Assembly: GCA_963744145.1 (NCBI GenBank)
Contig: CAVUSO010000001.1
Coordinates: forward strand, 1,216,001 to 1,280,000
From: an uncultured cyanobacterium
GTDB taxonomy: Bacteria > Cyanobacteriota > Cyanobacteriia > Cyanobacteriales > CAWUOF01
DNA length: 64,000 nt
Direction of reading: 5' to 3'
Shown here: piece by piece, positions 32,444 to 43,232 of the stretch
Position numbering within the stretch: the first letter of the stretch is position 1
How the letters are laid out: every line of letters begins with the position of its first letter
Program-made: the position numbers and the translations under genes
The notes under the pieces: generated by a model
Told to the model about the DNA's origin: nothing
Seen by the model: only the letters and a program-made list of their open reading frames with translations
Database searches by the model: none

Positions 32444-33160
32444 ATGACTGGCAATCACTTAAATCGGCCCACAAGCCTTGTGGTCTTAGCCATGAGTGCT
32501 GATGGCAAAATTGCTGACATCAATCGAGCCGCATTTCGGTTTGGGTCCCGGGTAGATTATATCCACTTAGAAACCCAAGTAGCTGAAGCTGATGGTGTAT
32601 TACTGGGTGCTACTACTCTCCGATCGGTCGGATCAACGATCGTAGTTAGTCATCCAGAATTAATTAAACAACGCCAGCAGCAGGGAAAACCACTTCAACC
32701 TGTTCACATTATTTGTTCCCGTTCAGGAAATCTTGACCAAGGATTACGTTTTTTTCAGCAACCCGTACCCCGATGGTTACTTACTACATTAACCTCAGCC
32801 GAGCGTTGGCAAGGGTTACCAGCATTCGAGCAAATTTTGACCTTTGAAACCCCCCAACCAGAGATTGACTGGCTCAAAACTTGGGAATACTTAGCCGAGA
32901 TGGGCTTAAAAAAATTGGCGATTTTGGGAGGTGGACAATTAGTTAGCTCTCTGCTAGCACTAGATTTGATTGACGAATTTTACCTCACGATCTGCCCTGT
33001 AATTTTAGGAGGTAGAGATGCACCAACACCAGTAGATGGCAACGGATTTTTAGCTACCATTGCTCCTCGCTTAGAACTATTAAAAGTTCAAACGGTTGAA
33101 CAAGAGGTTTTTTTACACTATCGTCTCCACCGATCAGATAATTCGATTAATCTAAATTAA
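32444..33160 (+). CDS. RibD C-terminal/DHFR-like reductase
   Basis: AMSADGKI, LGGGQL, DEFYLTICPVILGG. Confidence 0.88.
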   Translation: MTGNHLNRPTSLVVLAMSADGKIADINRAAFRFGSRVDYIHLETQVAEADGVLLGATTLRSVGSTIVVSHPELIKQRQQQGKPLQPVHIICSRSGNLDQGLRFFQQPVPRWLLTTLTSAERWQGLPAFEQILTFETPQPEIDWLKTWEYLAEMGLKKLAILGGGQLVSSLLALDLIDEFYLTICPVILGGRDAPTPVDGNGFLATIAPRLELLKVQTVEQEVFLHYRLHRSDNSINLN

Positions 33161-33199
33161 ATCGCGGACATTCGTGCCAATTAAGGAATTTCCCAAAAT

Positions 33200-34372
33200 A
33201 TGGTGGAACAGCTAAAACCTCGCTATTCGGTAGCTTGGATCAGCCAAATTGCCCAAGTACCTCAGATCGCCTGGAATGAATTGGCGTTACCATTACAAAC
33301 ACCCTTCTTAGAATGGGAATGGCTTCATCATCTCGAAACCTCTGGTAGCACCACTGGTCAAACTGGTTGGTTACCCCAGCATCTGACCGTTTGGCGCGAT
33401 CGCCAATTGATTGGCGCAGCTCCTTTGTATGTCAAAAGTCATAGCTATGGAGAATTTGTCTTTGACCATCAATGGGCTGAGTTAGCCCAGCGTTTGGACA
33501 TCGAATATTATCCCAAACTATTAGGGATGAGTCCAGTTACACCGGTGACGGGCTATCGATTTTTAATCGCTCCAGGAGAAAATGAAGCCGAAATTACTGG
33601 TTTGATGGTAGCAGCAATTGACCATTTTTGCGATCGCCATCAAATTTCTAGTTGTCATTTTCTCTATGTTGATCCACAATGGCAACCAACGATCGCTGCT
33701 CAGGGTTTTACTAGCTGGCTACACCATAGTTATATTTGGCAGAATCATGGATTCCAAACTTTTGATGATTATTTAGGTGTTTTTAACGCTAACCAACGTC
33801 GAAATATTAAACGTGAACGTAAAGCGGTCGAAAAAGCTGGGATTCAACTACGTGCTTTCACGGGAGAAGAAATTCCCCATTCGTTTTTTTCTTTAATGTA
33901 TAACTTTTACGAAAATACTTGTGACAAATTTGGTTGGTGGGGTAGTAAATATCTCACCCGCAAATTTTTTGACCAGTTGTCCCATAATTATCGTCATCGG
34001 GTGTTATTTATTAGTGCATATAACCAACAAGACCCAAGAGAGCCGATGGGAATGTCCTTTTGTATTACTAAAGGTGATCAACTCTACGGACGCTATTGGG
34101 GTAGCTTTCAAGAAATTGACTGTTTACATTTTGATGCTTGCTACTACACACCGATTGAATGGGCAATTAATCAAGGAATTGAAACTTTCGACCCGGGAGC
34201 TGGTGGACATCATAAAAAAAGGCGTGGTTTTGCTGCTAGCCCTAATCAAAGTATGCACCGATTTTATCATCCCCGTCTCGCGCAAATTTTGCTTCCTTAT
34301 ATCAGCAAAGTTAATGAAATGGAACAGCAAGAAATAGACGCTATTAATCAAGAATTACCTTTTAAAAACTAA
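33200..34372 (+). CDS. GNAT/FemAB-like protein (DUF482)
   Basis: KSHSYGEFVFDHQWA, LYGRYWG, LHFDACYY, PGAGG.HK..RGF. Confidence 0.9.
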   Translation: MVEQLKPRYSVAWISQIAQVPQIAWNELALPLQTPFLEWEWLHHLETSGSTTGQTGWLPQHLTVWRDRQLIGAAPLYVKSHSYGEFVFDHQWAELAQRLDIEYYPKLLGMSPVTPVTGYRFLIAPGENEAEITGLMVAAIDHFCDRHQISSCHFLYVDPQWQPTIAAQGFTSWLHHSYIWQNHGFQTFDDYLGVFNANQRRNIKRERKAVEKAGIQLRAFTGEEIPHSFFSLMYNFYENTCDKFGWWGSKYLTRKFFDQLSHNYRHRVLFISAYNQQDPREPMGMSFCITKGDQLYGRYWGSFQEIDCLHFDACYYTPIEWAINQGIETFDPGAGGHHKKRRGFAASPNQSMHRFYHPRLAQILLPYISKVNEMEQQEIDAINQELPFKN

Positions 34373-34440
34373 TGTAAAAATCGGGAACTGTTTGAGCAAC
34401 CATCAATGGTAAATATAACTTATGCGAATTTAGGACAACC

Positions 34441-36405
34441 GTGATCTCCAAGTTTTTTCATCAGAGCAAGGGTTTATGGCCAACCTTGCAGGGGTTGGGA
34501 ATTGTCGCGATCGCTTCTTTTACGGTCACGGGTGGGATTTATGCTGCTAACTATTTTTTTGGGCTCCAGTGGTTGGAATTACCAATTTACGATCGCCTGG
34601 TTCGTTGGCGTAGTGACCCCCATCCTGATCCGCGTCTTTTAGTGGTAGAAATTAATGAACCAGATATTCGGAGACTGGGAACTCCTCTTTCGGATCACTT
34701 AATTGCTCAGACCTTAGCACAGTTACAGAAATATCAACCGAAAGTCATTGGGTTAGACATCTTTCGTGATATTCCTATCAAAGAAGGTTATCGAGAGTTA
34801 GCCAGGCAATTTGCTCAACCGAATGTAATTGGGATTCGTCAGATTGATAAGGTCAAAGGAGTACCTGCACCGAAAAGTTTATCACCTAAACAAGTAGGTT
34901 TTAACGATATCACTCTTGATAGTGATGGTACGGTGCGTCGCAATTTAATATTTGCCTGGAATGAGGAAGGTATCCACTATTCTTTTGCCCTCAGACAAGC
35001 ACTATTATATCTGAAGGCTCAAGGAATTACACCCAACCCAAGTAAGATTAATCCTAAATATATGCAATTGGGGAAAGCCGTATTTTTTCCCCTCGAAGGA
35101 AATGTGGGAGTTTATCAAAAAAATGAAACTGGTGGCTACCAAATTATTCTCAATTACCGTGCTGGTAAAAATATCGCCAAGCGCGTATCTGTGACAGATG
35201 TTTTAAATGGAAAAGTGCCGCCAGAATTGGTACATGATAAAATTGTCTTGATTGGCACCACAGCCCTAAGTGTACGAGATATTTTTTTTACTCCCTATAG
35301 TGCCGCAGAAGAAGAAAATCCGAGAATGGCTGGAGTTTTAGTTCATGCTCAGATGGTGAGCCAGATTCTGAGTACAGTTCTTGATGGTCGTCCTTTAATC
35401 TGGTTTTGGCCAAAATGGGGAGAGTGGGTGTGGATTTTGGGCTGGTCAATGATTGGAGGTACTTTAGGGTGGAAATGTCGTCATCCCCTGATCTTAGGAT
35501 TAAGTGCTAGTACAATTTTGGCTGGATTAGGCTTGATCTCCTTTGAGATTTTTCAGCAATCAGGATGGATACCTGTAGGTACTCCAGTCATTACTTATCT
35601 CGCTACAGGTGCATTTGGTGTGGTTTATCAAGCTTATGAAAATCAAAGAAAACAAAAAATTGTGATGCGACTATTGGGTCAAAATACTTCTCCAGAAATT
35701 GCCAAAGCACTCTGGAATAGTCGCGATCGCTTGCTCCATTCAGGGAAACTACCTGGTCAAAAACTGACCGCTACGATGATGTTTACTGATTTAAAGGACT
35801 TCAGTACCATTTCCGAACTTATGCCCCCAGAAAAGTTAATGGAGTGGTTAAATGAACTGCTCTCCGTCCTAAGCACGGAAGTAACTCGTTACCAAGGTAT
35901 TATCAACAAATTTACTGGGGATGGAGTAATGGCTGTGTTTGGTGTCCCTGTGGCCCGGACTAGCCCCGCAGAAATTGCCAGTGATGCCCAAAGAGCTTGT
36001 TTATGTGCATTAGCGATGAGCGATCGCTTAGTCGAATTAAATCGCGATTGGCAAGAGCGTGGTTTACCAGTTATCCAAATGAGAATTGGCATTTATACTG
36101 GACCAATTGTAGCTGGGAGTTTGGGGGGTAAAGAGCGTTTAGAGTATGGTGTAATTGGCGATAGTGTGAATATTGCTTCTCGCTTAGAAAGTTGCGAAAA
36201 AGACCGTCAACCAAGTATCTGTCGAATTTTAATTGGTCACGACACTTTCATCCATATTCAGGAGCAGTTTTTGCTGGAATCTTGGGGACCTTTGGCTTTG
36301 AAAGGTAAACAACAGATGGTGGAAGTCTACCGCATTATTGCTCAAAAGGTTCAAGCTGACCCTGAGGTAAAAACCTCAGGGGAAAATACCAGAAGGAAAA
36401 AATAA
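34441..36405 (+). CDS. CHASE2-domain class III nucleotide cyclase
   Basis: CHASE2 (DSDGTVRR, KIVLIG, MAGVLVHA), three TMs, FTDLKDFS, NKFTGD, DSVNIASRLE. Confidence 0.92.
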   Translation: MISKFFHQSKGLWPTLQGLGIVAIASFTVTGGIYAANYFFGLQWLELPIYDRLVRWRSDPHPDPRLLVVEINEPDIRRLGTPLSDHLIAQTLAQLQKYQPKVIGLDIFRDIPIKEGYRELARQFAQPNVIGIRQIDKVKGVPAPKSLSPKQVGFNDITLDSDGTVRRNLIFAWNEEGIHYSFALRQALLYLKAQGITPNPSKINPKYMQLGKAVFFPLEGNVGVYQKNETGGYQIILNYRAGKNIAKRVSVTDVLNGKVPPELVHDKIVLIGTTALSVRDIFFTPYSAAEEENPRMAGVLVHAQMVSQILSTVLDGRPLIWFWPKWGEWVWILGWSMIGGTLGWKCRHPLILGLSASTILAGLGLISFEIFQQSGWIPVGTPVITYLATGAFGVVYQAYENQRKQKIVMRLLGQNTSPEIAKALWNSRDRLLHSGKLPGQKLTATMMFTDLKDFSTISELMPPEKLMEWLNELLSVLSTEVTRYQGIINKFTGDGVMAVFGVPVARTSPAEIASDAQRACLCALAMSDRLVELNRDWQERGLPVIQMRIGIYTGPIVAGSLGGKERLEYGVIGDSVNIASRLESCEKDRQPSICRILIGHDTFIHIQEQFLLESWGPLALKGKQQMVEVYRIIAQKVQADPEVKTSGENTRRKK

Positions 36406-36425
36406 ATCCCCTCCTGGTATAATGA

Positions 36426-37583
36426 TTATTTTTTCAGTTTATCCAACAGTTCTTCCGTTTTTTTCAACTCTTCAGTTTGGTTCTGCTGACGATAAAGATC
36501 ACGGGCTTTTTTCAAAGCATCGATCGCCTCTGATTTGTGTTCTTGTCCTTGCAACGCTAACCCCAAATTATAGTAAGCACCAGCATTTTCAGGATACATT
36601 TGGGTCAATTGACGATAAATAACAGTGGCATTTAAAAAATCTTTTTGCTGAAGCAAAATATCGCCTACACCGGCTTGAGCTGCTAATAGTTTGGGATTAA
36701 TTTGAACAGCTTTTTTATAGGCTTCTAAAGCATTAGGAAGGTCGTTTTCAGCTTGTCTAATTTTGCCAATTTGGAGATACAATTCGGCATTATTTGGCTC
36801 CAGCATCGCCACATTTTCAAAAGCTAATCGCGCTTTTTCAAAATTACCTTGTTTCAGCCAAGCACTACCTAACATAAGTTGGATCGTAACTTTTTTGGGA
36901 TCAATTTCCGCAGCTTGTTGGAGTGGCACAAGCGCTTCTTGGGCTCGTCCCTGCTTGAGCAGCATTGCTCCCATCGTTTCATAAGCTTGGGTGTTTGTCC
37001 CATCAATAGCGATCACTTGAGTTAAAGCATTTAAAGCGCCATTAAAATCTGATTGACGGAATAAGACTGTACTTAGACCAAAATAAGCATTGAGGTTTTT
37101 GGGCGCTAAATGGGTGGCTTCCCGATAGGCACTAGCTGCACCTACATTATCACCACTATTAGCCAAACTATACCCAAGTGCATACTGAAAATCGGCATTT
37201 TTTGGATCGATCGCAATAGCTTTTCGATAAGAAGCAACCGATTCAGGAAATTTGCCCTGACGAGCCTGAATATAGCCAATCCCGGAAAAAATCCGGGCAT
37301 TTTTACTATCTAAGATCGCAGCTTGTTGATAAAGAGCTAAAGCCCCATCAAGATCGCCACGCTCCACCAATTTATGTCCGTCTCTGAGAATTTTACTAAG
37401 ATCTGGGTGACTGGGAGGAGCAGTTGTTTCCGGTGATGGTTGGGCTACCCCGATCAAGGGATGGAGGAGGGGGAATCCTGTGAACCACAGGAGAGCAAGT
37501 AGAAATAGAGGTTGCTTTACCACGGCCAATTTTCTCTCATTTTTTCCGCAATACCTCAGTGGTACGATCGCCAAGATTGACAA
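36426..37583 (-). CDS. Exported TPR protein (true start probably a GTG ~60 nt downstream)
   Basis: Multiple TPR repeats after a hydrophobic signal-like segment. Confidence 0.85.
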   Translation of the reverse strand: MSILAIVPLRYCGKNERKLAVVKQPLFLLALLWFTGFPLLHPLIGVAQPSPETTAPPSHPDLSKILRDGHKLVERGDLDGALALYQQAAILDSKNARIFSGIGYIQARQGKFPESVASYRKAIAIDPKNADFQYALGYSLANSGDNVGAASAYREATHLAPKNLNAYFGLSTVLFRQSDFNGALNALTQVIAIDGTNTQAYETMGAMLLKQGRAQEALVPLQQAAEIDPKKVTIQLMLGSAWLKQGNFEKARLAFENVAMLEPNNAELYLQIGKIRQAENDLPNALEAYKKAVQINPKLLAAQAGVGDILLQQKDFLNATVIYRQLTQMYPENAGAYYNLGLALQGQEHKSEAIDALKKARDLYRQQNQTEELKKTEELLDKLKK

Positions 37584-38026
37584 TCAGGATAACTGAGGAT
37601 CGTGGTTGATTTTAACAACAACTGTGAATATCCGGTAATGGCCCAGATCAGCCGCTAGAAAAGCTCTGTTAAGCAGATGTTATTCCTAAAGAATTACTAA
37701 TCATGCCTACAAGCAGGTTAGAATGAAGCGTTGTAAGTTATTGCAGGTTGAATATGGCCAATTAAATGATTGTGAAAACAGAGTTTTTTACTCCTAGATG
37801 GCACCGATCTATCAGTGTGGCTAGAAAAAGTTAGGTAAATTTCAGTAAAATCTAGTTACTTTCTGTCTCATACTCATAAATCAGGGTTGCTGGAAACCGA
37901 TGATTGATTTCTTTAAAAAAAACTACATCTGTTTCTGGCCAACTAGCTTGATTATATCTAAATATTTATCAGGCTCTTTTATCCGTTTATTTAGTTTTAC
38001 TCAATTCTTGGAGCAAAGTTGTAGTC

Positions 38027-38743
38027 ATGGCTCCCCCAAAGATTCTTGTTGTTGACGATGACAGCGCCATCCGGAATTTAATTTACCGGTACTTAAGTAA
38101 ACAAGAGTATCAATTAGAGTCTGCCGAAGATGGTAAGACGGCGATCGCCATGTTTGAGCAATTTAATCCAGATGTAGTCATCCTGGACGTGAATTTACCA
38201 GATACCACTGGTTATAAACTTTGTCAACAAATGCAGAGTCGTACAGGTGTGTTTGTGTTGATGCTGACTAGCCGCAAAGACGAAGCTGATATTATGGAAG
38301 GCTTTGATAAAGGTGCGGACGATTACCTAACTAAGCCATTTAGTTTAGTTGTTTTAGGGGCTAGGGTAGCAGCACTGTTAAAACGTCAGCGTCCAGTCAC
38401 GGTAGCAGAACAGCAAAGTTTATCTTTTGCCAATCTCTTCATCGACCCAGTCCGTCGTGAAGTGACTCTGAACAACCAAATTGTTGGTCTTACTGCCCTA
38501 GAATTTGATTTGCTTCATTTTTTGGCTAGTCATCCTGGGCGAGTTTGGCGCAGACAAGAACTACTTCATCAAGTCTGGGACTATGAATATGTAGGGGATC
38601 AGCGGGTGGTTGATGTTCATATTGGCCAAATCCGCCGGAAGATTGAGATCGATGTCAATATGCCGTCCTTAATTCAAACCGTCAGAGGAGTGGGCTACAA
38701 GTTCGATCCACCCGAAGCTAATCAACGGGAAGATGCAGGGTGA
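38027..38743 (+). CDS. OmpR-family response regulator
   Basis: VVDDD, LDVNLP, KPF, winged helix VDVHIGQIRRK, TVRGVGYKF. Confidence 0.95.
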   Translation: MAPPKILVVDDDSAIRNLIYRYLSKQEYQLESAEDGKTAIAMFEQFNPDVVILDVNLPDTTGYKLCQQMQSRTGVFVLMLTSRKDEADIMEGFDKGADDYLTKPFSLVVLGARVAALLKRQRPVTVAEQQSLSFANLFIDPVRREVTLNNQIVGLTALEFDLLHFLASHPGRVWRRQELLHQVWDYEYVGDQRVVDVHIGQIRRKIEIDVNMPSLIQTVRGVGYKFDPPEANQREDAG

Positions 38744-38761
38744 GTGAGCAGGATGCTCAGT

Positions 38762-38798
38762 TTTAATGGCTAATTCTTTATGTCGATTAGCCATTAAA
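38762..38798. terminator. Bidirectional hairpin between convergent genes
   Basis: tttaatggctaat...attagccattaaa. Confidence 0.7.
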
Positions 38799-38838
38799 TA
38801 CCAATAATCAACCAGGAACTATAAACTAAAAAACCTAT

Positions 38839-39063
38839 TTAGGCTGAGTGCTGAAATAGAGTTTCTAAATAAACTCGGGCTGCACAACGATAGCTAATCG
38901 ACGCTTCTGGTGTCTGACCATTGCCATTTTGCAGCAAAAACAGGGATAAAGCCGCCGCAAAAACTCGATCTTGATCCCAGTCTGGATGGGATTCTAAATA
39001 GTTTTTGAGTGATTCGAGCAATTCTTCAGGAATTTCGGCCAGGATACTTACGCTTGCTTTCAT
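38839..39063 (-). CDS. DUF2811 small cyanobacterial protein
   Basis: AEIPEEL...HPDWDQDRVFAAALSLFLLQNG; GGAG RBS. Confidence 0.85.
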   Translation of the reverse strand: MKASVSILAEIPEELLESLKNYLESHPDWDQDRVFAAALSLFLLQNGNGQTPEASISYRCAARVYLETLFQHSA

Positions 39064-39434
39064 GGAAATACTCCTATGGTGAATTAGTAGAGTAACCTTG
39101 TTTCAATGGTTGACCAGAAACCAAGGTACTCACACCACACCAATTCAATTTCTTTGTGGATCGCTTGACCGATAGGACAAATTGGTGGGTGCAAATTGGC
39201 AATTAGTTTTTTACTGGTAGTCGCATCATTGTGCGCTATCAGGGGGTAGGGTTGTCAATGCTGAGAAATGTTGCAAATCGCTTTATCTACAAAAAAAATT
39301 AACGAGAGCATCAGCATTTGAGACCGATTTCTGTTACATAACTTCATGAAAACGGGCCGATATCCAGCGATTTATTTGCCGATCGGGAAAAATCCCCAGT
39401 CTGATTGAGAATAGTGATATCAGCGTTCTTTGCT

Positions 39435-39530
39435 TGTGGAAAACTTTGCTATACCTGTGGAAAACCTCAAACTCATTTGTGGAAACTTTGTGGAAACTTT
39501 GTGGAAGTTGTGGGGAAAATGATCGGAAAA
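39435..39530. promoter_or_regulatory. Phased array of DnaA-box-like motifs
   Basis: TGTGGAAAA (reverse complement of TTTTCCACA) at 39435 and 39456; variants at 39478, 39489, 39500, 39511, 39522. Confidence 0.7.
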
Positions 39531-40274
39531 AATAAGAATTGCAAAAGTTTTCAAATTTAGATTTTTGGCGATCGCCTATTGTTTTTCGATTTTATGTATG
39601 CTATAAATACTTTATCCCTTTAATTTAATTACTAACCATAAATCTTTTGTACCAATAATGGACAATAACCAGATTGTTTTGAACCTCCTTTTAGTTGGCT
39701 TTGCTCAAAACAATTGCAGTGATGATGAACCTGGTCAGATTGATTAAACTGATCTGAATTATTGTCAATTGAAATGCTGATCAGATTAAGCGAGTTGGCT
39801 AGGCTGATCTTTAGCATTATTACTTAATTTATTAAGCTAGATCGCTTAAATTAGGATGGTGATTGAAAATTTTGAAATAGTCCATTTTTCTGGTAACCAA
39901 ATTAATATTTTTAAACCTTGACATAAAAATTATTTTTAATGAATAAAAGGTATTTTACATTACCAAAAATCTAGCAATTACACCAATGTTTTTTGTGTAA
40001 TATGCTTTTTCCCCTTTTTTAAATCTTAAGAGAATCTAAAGAATTAAAATAAATTAAAGTGAATTAGGTTAAAATCGATGTAATGCAAATAAACAAGCAA
40101 ATCAAATTAATTATTAAAATGATAAAAAAAATAAGCAATGGAGTAAGGTGATTTGGGCAATGCTTTGAGGTAAAAACAAACGCTAGACAGATATTAAAGT
40201 AGAAAATCCGAACTACTCTTGGTCAAACGACAAGAACCAGATGGGGAAAAATAAGTAAGCTAGGGAGATTTAGT

Positions 40275-42503
40275 ATGTCTACTACTGATATTAATCCAAT
40301 CTCAGATGTCAACTGGTATCGACAAATAAGTCAGAAAACTATTGGCTGGAAGACAGTGGTAGACGAAATAAATAACTCATCGATCATCGCTTCAATCCGT
40401 CAAGCTTTAGAGCGTCATCAATTACAAGGATTGCTCAAAGACAAATTACGCGAATTATATGCTAGTGAAAGTAGATTTCAAAATGTGATTGCCAAACTAG
40501 CTGATAGCATTGTTATTATTGATAGTAGCGGCATCGTTAATTTAGTTAATCCCGCAGCCACAACTTTATTTAACTGTCAACCTGAAGAATTAATTGGGCA
40601 AGAGTTTTTTGGGAAGCTGGTGAAAGAAAGGGTAGCTTGCGAAATAGAAACAGGTATTATTGCGAAAAAAGGAGAAGCAACTACATCAGATATTCGGGTA
40701 GTGCAAACTCAAGTAGAGGTAATGCGTCTAGGAGCAGAAAAAGCGATCGCGGAGATGCGGGTTGTGGAGACAGAGTGGGATGGTAACCTGGCTTTTATTG
40801 CCTCATTACGCGATATTACAGCTCGCAAAGCAGCCGAGGAAAAACTCCGGCAAACTACTTCGGAATTAACCGCAATTTTCCAAGCATTTCCAGATATTTT
40901 CTTTCAGTTAGATAGTCAGGGCATAATTTTAGATTACCAATCTGGGCAATTATCAGAAATCTACCTATCCCCCACCGAATTAATCAACCGCACCCTAACA
41001 GATGTACTACCGACAGAGATTAAGCATCAATTTGCTCAAGCGATCGCTCAGGTGAATGAAAGTAAATCCTTAGTAGCGATCGAGTATAGCTTAACTTTAC
41101 CAACGGGGATAAAACACTTTGAAGCGCGGTTATTACCATTGTTAGAAAACCAGATTATGGTAATTATCCGTGATATTACAGAACGGAAACAAGCGGAAGT
41201 AGCATTAAGACAAAGCGAAGCTAAATTTCACAAGTTAGTTGCTAATGTACCAGGAATGATTTATCAATTTCTCCGGCAAAAAGATGGGACGATCGCTTGG
41301 CCATTTATTAGCCCAATTTGTGAAGAAATTTATGAATTAACTCCAGCAGAAATTCAAGCAAATTCTCACTTACTATTAGAAGCAATTCATCCTGATGATC
41401 ATCATAGTTTTCATCGGTCACTGACCACCTCAGCCGAAAAGTTACAACCCTGGAATTGGGAAGGGCGAATTGTCACTAAATCTGGCAAAATCAAGTGGAT
41501 TGAAGGTGCGTCTCGTCCAGAATTACAAGCTAATGGTGATATCCTCTGGGATGGGTTAATTATGGATATTACTGAGCGTAAACGAGCTTCTGATGCTATC
41601 AGAGAATCAGAATTTCGGTTTCGGACTCAAGCACAAAAGTTAGAAACAACTTTGTCCCAGCTTAAGCAAACTCAAACTCAGTTAATTCAAACAGAAAAAA
41701 TGTCTAGTTTGGGACAGTTAGTTGCTGGTGTAGCTCATGAAATTAACAATCCGATTAGTTTTATTTACGGTAATCTTGCTCCAGCTAGCGAATATATCGA
41801 AGATTTGTTAAATCTAGTGGAGCTGTATAAGCAACATTATCCAGCACCGAACCGAGAAGTTCAAGACCAAATCGAAGCGATCGACCTAGATTTTATCATG
41901 GAAGATTTACCGAAATTAGTAGCTTCCATGAAATTGGGAGCTGATCGGATTCGGGAAATAGTTCTTTCCCTCCGGAATTTTTCTCGTTTAGATGAAGCGG
42001 AAATGAAACCCGTTGATATTCATGACGGGATTGATAGCACTTTGTTAATTTTACAAAATCGACTCAAAGCCAAACCCGATCATCCAGGAATTAAGATCCG
42101 TAAAGAATATGGCAAATTACCCCAGGTCGAGTGTTTTGCGGGTCAATTGAATCAGGTGTTTATGAATATTCTCGCTAACGGGATAGATGCTTTAGAAAGT
42201 GATCCAAAGTTGATTAATTCTCCCACTCATGTTCCGGAAATTAAGATTCAGACCGAAATATTAGAAAATCAGGTATTGATTCGGTTTGCTGATAATGGTC
42301 CAGGAATGACAGAAAAGGTGCGTAAATGTCTGTTTGATCCTTTCTTTACGACCAAACCTGTGGGTAAAGGTACAGGTTTAGGATTATCGATTAGTTATCA
42401 AATTGTTGTGGAAAAACATCATGGTATGATCGTCTGTAATTCTCAAGTTGGTCAAGGAACAGAGTTTGTGATTACTATTCCCCTGATTCGCGATCGACAG
42501 TGA
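40275..42503 (+). CDS. Soluble multi-PAS histidine kinase (NtrB-type)
   Basis: Three PAS/PAC units (RDITARK, RDITERK, MDITERK), AGVAHEINNP, PFFTTKPVGKGTGLGL. Confidence 0.93.
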   Translation: MSTTDINPISDVNWYRQISQKTIGWKTVVDEINNSSIIASIRQALERHQLQGLLKDKLRELYASESRFQNVIAKLADSIVIIDSSGIVNLVNPAATTLFNCQPEELIGQEFFGKLVKERVACEIETGIIAKKGEATTSDIRVVQTQVEVMRLGAEKAIAEMRVVETEWDGNLAFIASLRDITARKAAEEKLRQTTSELTAIFQAFPDIFFQLDSQGIILDYQSGQLSEIYLSPTELINRTLTDVLPTEIKHQFAQAIAQVNESKSLVAIEYSLTLPTGIKHFEARLLPLLENQIMVIIRDITERKQAEVALRQSEAKFHKLVANVPGMIYQFLRQKDGTIAWPFISPICEEIYELTPAEIQANSHLLLEAIHPDDHHSFHRSLTTSAEKLQPWNWEGRIVTKSGKIKWIEGASRPELQANGDILWDGLIMDITERKRASDAIRESEFRFRTQAQKLETTLSQLKQTQTQLIQTEKMSSLGQLVAGVAHEINNPISFIYGNLAPASEYIEDLLNLVELYKQHYPAPNREVQDQIEAIDLDFIMEDLPKLVASMKLGADRIREIVLSLRNFSRLDEAEMKPVDIHDGIDSTLLILQNRLKAKPDHPGIKIRKEYGKLPQVECFAGQLNQVFMNILANGIDALESDPKLINSPTHVPEIKIQTEILENQVLIRFADNGPGMTEKVRKCLFDPFFTTKPVGKGTGLGLSISYQIVVEKHHGMIVCNSQVGQGTEFVITIPLIRDRQ

Positions 42504-42562
42504 TAAAATATGCTCATGCAGTTCGAGTGGAACCAAGCCAAATATTTCATCCCCAAGGATAT

Positions 42563-43165
42563 TCAATGCTGTCGAATAGCGTTAACTAAGGTGCCTAATA
42601 TTTTTTTGATATCTTTAATATAGTATTCGCTTAAATCAATGGAAAGCAATTTTTGCTCTAATTTGAGAAATTGCCAAATTGTGCCGATCGTAATTACCCC
42701 ATAAATACTTTTAATTTCATTTCCTTTCTGTTCGTTAAATAACTGCGCTGCTACCATTTCAGCAATACATTGCGCTAATCCTAATTTGAGATTTTCATTC
42801 TTGGTTTCCACTACTGTTATCACTGGGGTGCAAATAAATAATTGTTCTTTTGATAAACTGATCATAAAATCACAAAACCCATTTAGACCTTGTTTGATAT
42901 CAACAGTAAAGTCTACTCCCGAAAATAAACTAATCTCATAATTAAATTTACGCCTAATTTCTAAGAGAATTGGACTAATGATCATTTCTGAACGAGCTTT
43001 TTCTGTATTAATTGCTACTGCTAAATCAACATTTTCCCTGAGAATAGTTGCCAATAAATTACTACATTCTTCTTCTGGTACATTAGCAAACATTCCCGAT
43101 GCTTCATTAATTGTTAGTTCAAACTTTTGAATTACTTCAGTTAATTTAAAATCGCTATAAGCCAT
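42563..43165 (-). CDS. Conserved hypothetical, PD-(D/E)xK nuclease-like fold
   Basis: EKARSE, GFCDF, VVETK, GLAQCIAEM. Confidence 0.65.
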   Translation of the reverse strand: MAYSDFKLTEVIQKFELTINEASGMFANVPEEECSNLLATILRENVDLAVAINTEKARSEMIISPILLEIRRKFNYEISLFSGVDFTVDIKQGLNGFCDFMISLSKEQLFICTPVITVVETKNENLKLGLAQCIAEMVAAQLFNEQKGNEIKSIYGVITIGTIWQFLKLEQKLLSIDLSEYYIKDIKKILGTLVNAIRQH

Positions 43166-43232
43166 TTTTATATATCCTAAAAATTATTCTACTAATCAGA
43201 TCAAAGAGCTTTCTGATGCTGGACGAGATTCA

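Noticed and set aside
39435..39530. CRISPR or simple tandem repeat
   Set aside because: 9-bp units without spacers; better explained as DnaA-box-like sites.
39632..39817. 61-aa ORF in the AT-rich gap (also 3830-4021, 51622-51840)
   Set aside because: No recognisable motif; likely chance ORFs.
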